A program made the translations under genes and the position numbers. 64,000 nucleotides of DNA from NCBI GenBank assembly GCA_043745295.1, contig JAYTTN010000714.1:19500-83499 (forward strand), in the 5' to 3' direction. This DNA comes from Fimbriiglobus sp. Its GTDB lineage: Bacteria; Planctomycetota; Planctomycetia; Gemmatales; Gemmataceae. The first letter of the stretch is position 1. Each line of letters begins with the position of its first letter. The notes under the pieces are model-generated. The model was not told the DNA's origin. It made no database searches and worked only from the letters and a program-made list of their open reading frames with translations. Of the stretch, positions 63,461 through 64,000 are shown piece by piece.

Positions 63461-64000
63461 TCACTCGCCGCTGCCAGAAGCCAGGTGCGCGTTCCGCCCG
63501 ACGGGGGCGCGGTAGGTGGTCGCCGTCGGGATCGCCCCACTGCCGAAGTGGATGCGGTTGCGGCCGGCCGCCTTCGACCGGTACAGCGCCTCGTCCGCCT
63601 CGCGGACCAGCGCCGAGCCGTCCGTCGCGCCGAGTGCGAGGGTGGCCACGCCGACGCTGACGGTGACGGGTCGCCGGTCCCACGGCCGCCCGGCGATGGC
63701 CCGCCGGCACCGCTCGGCCAGCACCATCGCCCCGGCGTAGTCGGTGTCCGGCAGGAGGATGACGAACTCCTCGCCGCCGTACCGCGCGACGAAGTCGGTC
63801 GTCCGGGCCGTCTTGCGGAAGGTGGCCGCGACTTCCTTCAGCACCTCGTCCCCGGCCGGGTGCCCGAACGCGTCGTTGAACGCCTTGAAGTGGTCCACGT
63901 CCATCAGCAGGACGGACAGCGGCCGCGCGTGCCGGGTGGCGCGATCCACCTCTTCGGCCAGCCGGCCGTTGAACGCCCCGCGGTTGTTCACGCCGGTCAG
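63461..64000 (-). CDS. GGDEF-domain diguanylate cyclase (C-terminal part; the gene continues past the right edge)
   Basis: LTGVNNRGAFN...DVDHFKAFNDAFGHPAGD...RYGGEEFVILLPDT. Confidence 0.85.
   Translation of the reverse strand: MTGVNNRGAFNGRLAEEVDRATRHARPLSVLLMDVDHFKAFNDAFGHPAGDEVLKEVAATFRKTARTTDFVARYGGEEFVILLPDTDYAGAMVLAERCRRAIAGRPWDRRPVTVSVGVATLALGATDGSALVREADEALYRSKAAGRNRIHFGSGAIPTATTYRAPVGRNAHLASGSGE

Overview
High-GC DNA with Planctomycete-like content (YTV-type repeat protein, long NagB-LmbE fusion, PL11 lyase, many long GC-rich palindromes); this taxonomic guess is inference only. The window has two parts.

(A) About 1-46.4 kb looks like the right-hand part of an integrated conjugative plasmid or ICE. 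In order it carries:
- a MobF/TrwC relaxase that runs off the left edge, and a candidate oriT;
- a co-oriented leading-region-style block: a 12 x 41-aa repeat protein, small translationally coupled ORFs, an orphan DNA methylase and an M48 protease;
- ParA plus a small RHH partner with CAGCATGA repeats;
- RepA with seven iterons and DnaA boxes (oriV);
- a DarB-like methyltransferase-helicase;
- a toxin-antitoxin pair made of an AbrB/TacA-hybrid antitoxin and a GNAT toxin;
- a metal-resistance region: a P1B ATPase with a CxxEE site, a CaCA-like exchanger, and an HME-RND operon interleaved with five small Cys-rich exported proteins;
- an HTH / 1038-aa N6-methyltransferase / PD-(D/E)xK nuclease cassette;
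- a second czcI-C-B-A operon that looks lower in GC;
- a tyrosine integrase at the junction.

(B) About 46.6-64 kb is chromosomal housekeeping and glycan-metabolism DNA. It carries rplY, pth, rpsF, ssb and rplI (no rpsR), an esterase, a PL11 lyase, a nagB fusion, secreted proteins, a YTV-like repeat protein and a partial GGDEF gene. Nearly every intergenic gap in the ribosomal cluster holds a long near-perfect palindrome from a shared repeat family.

No rRNA, tRNA, CRISPR array or transposase was recognised. Most long ORFs in the track that lie opposite these genes are GC-driven antisense shadows.
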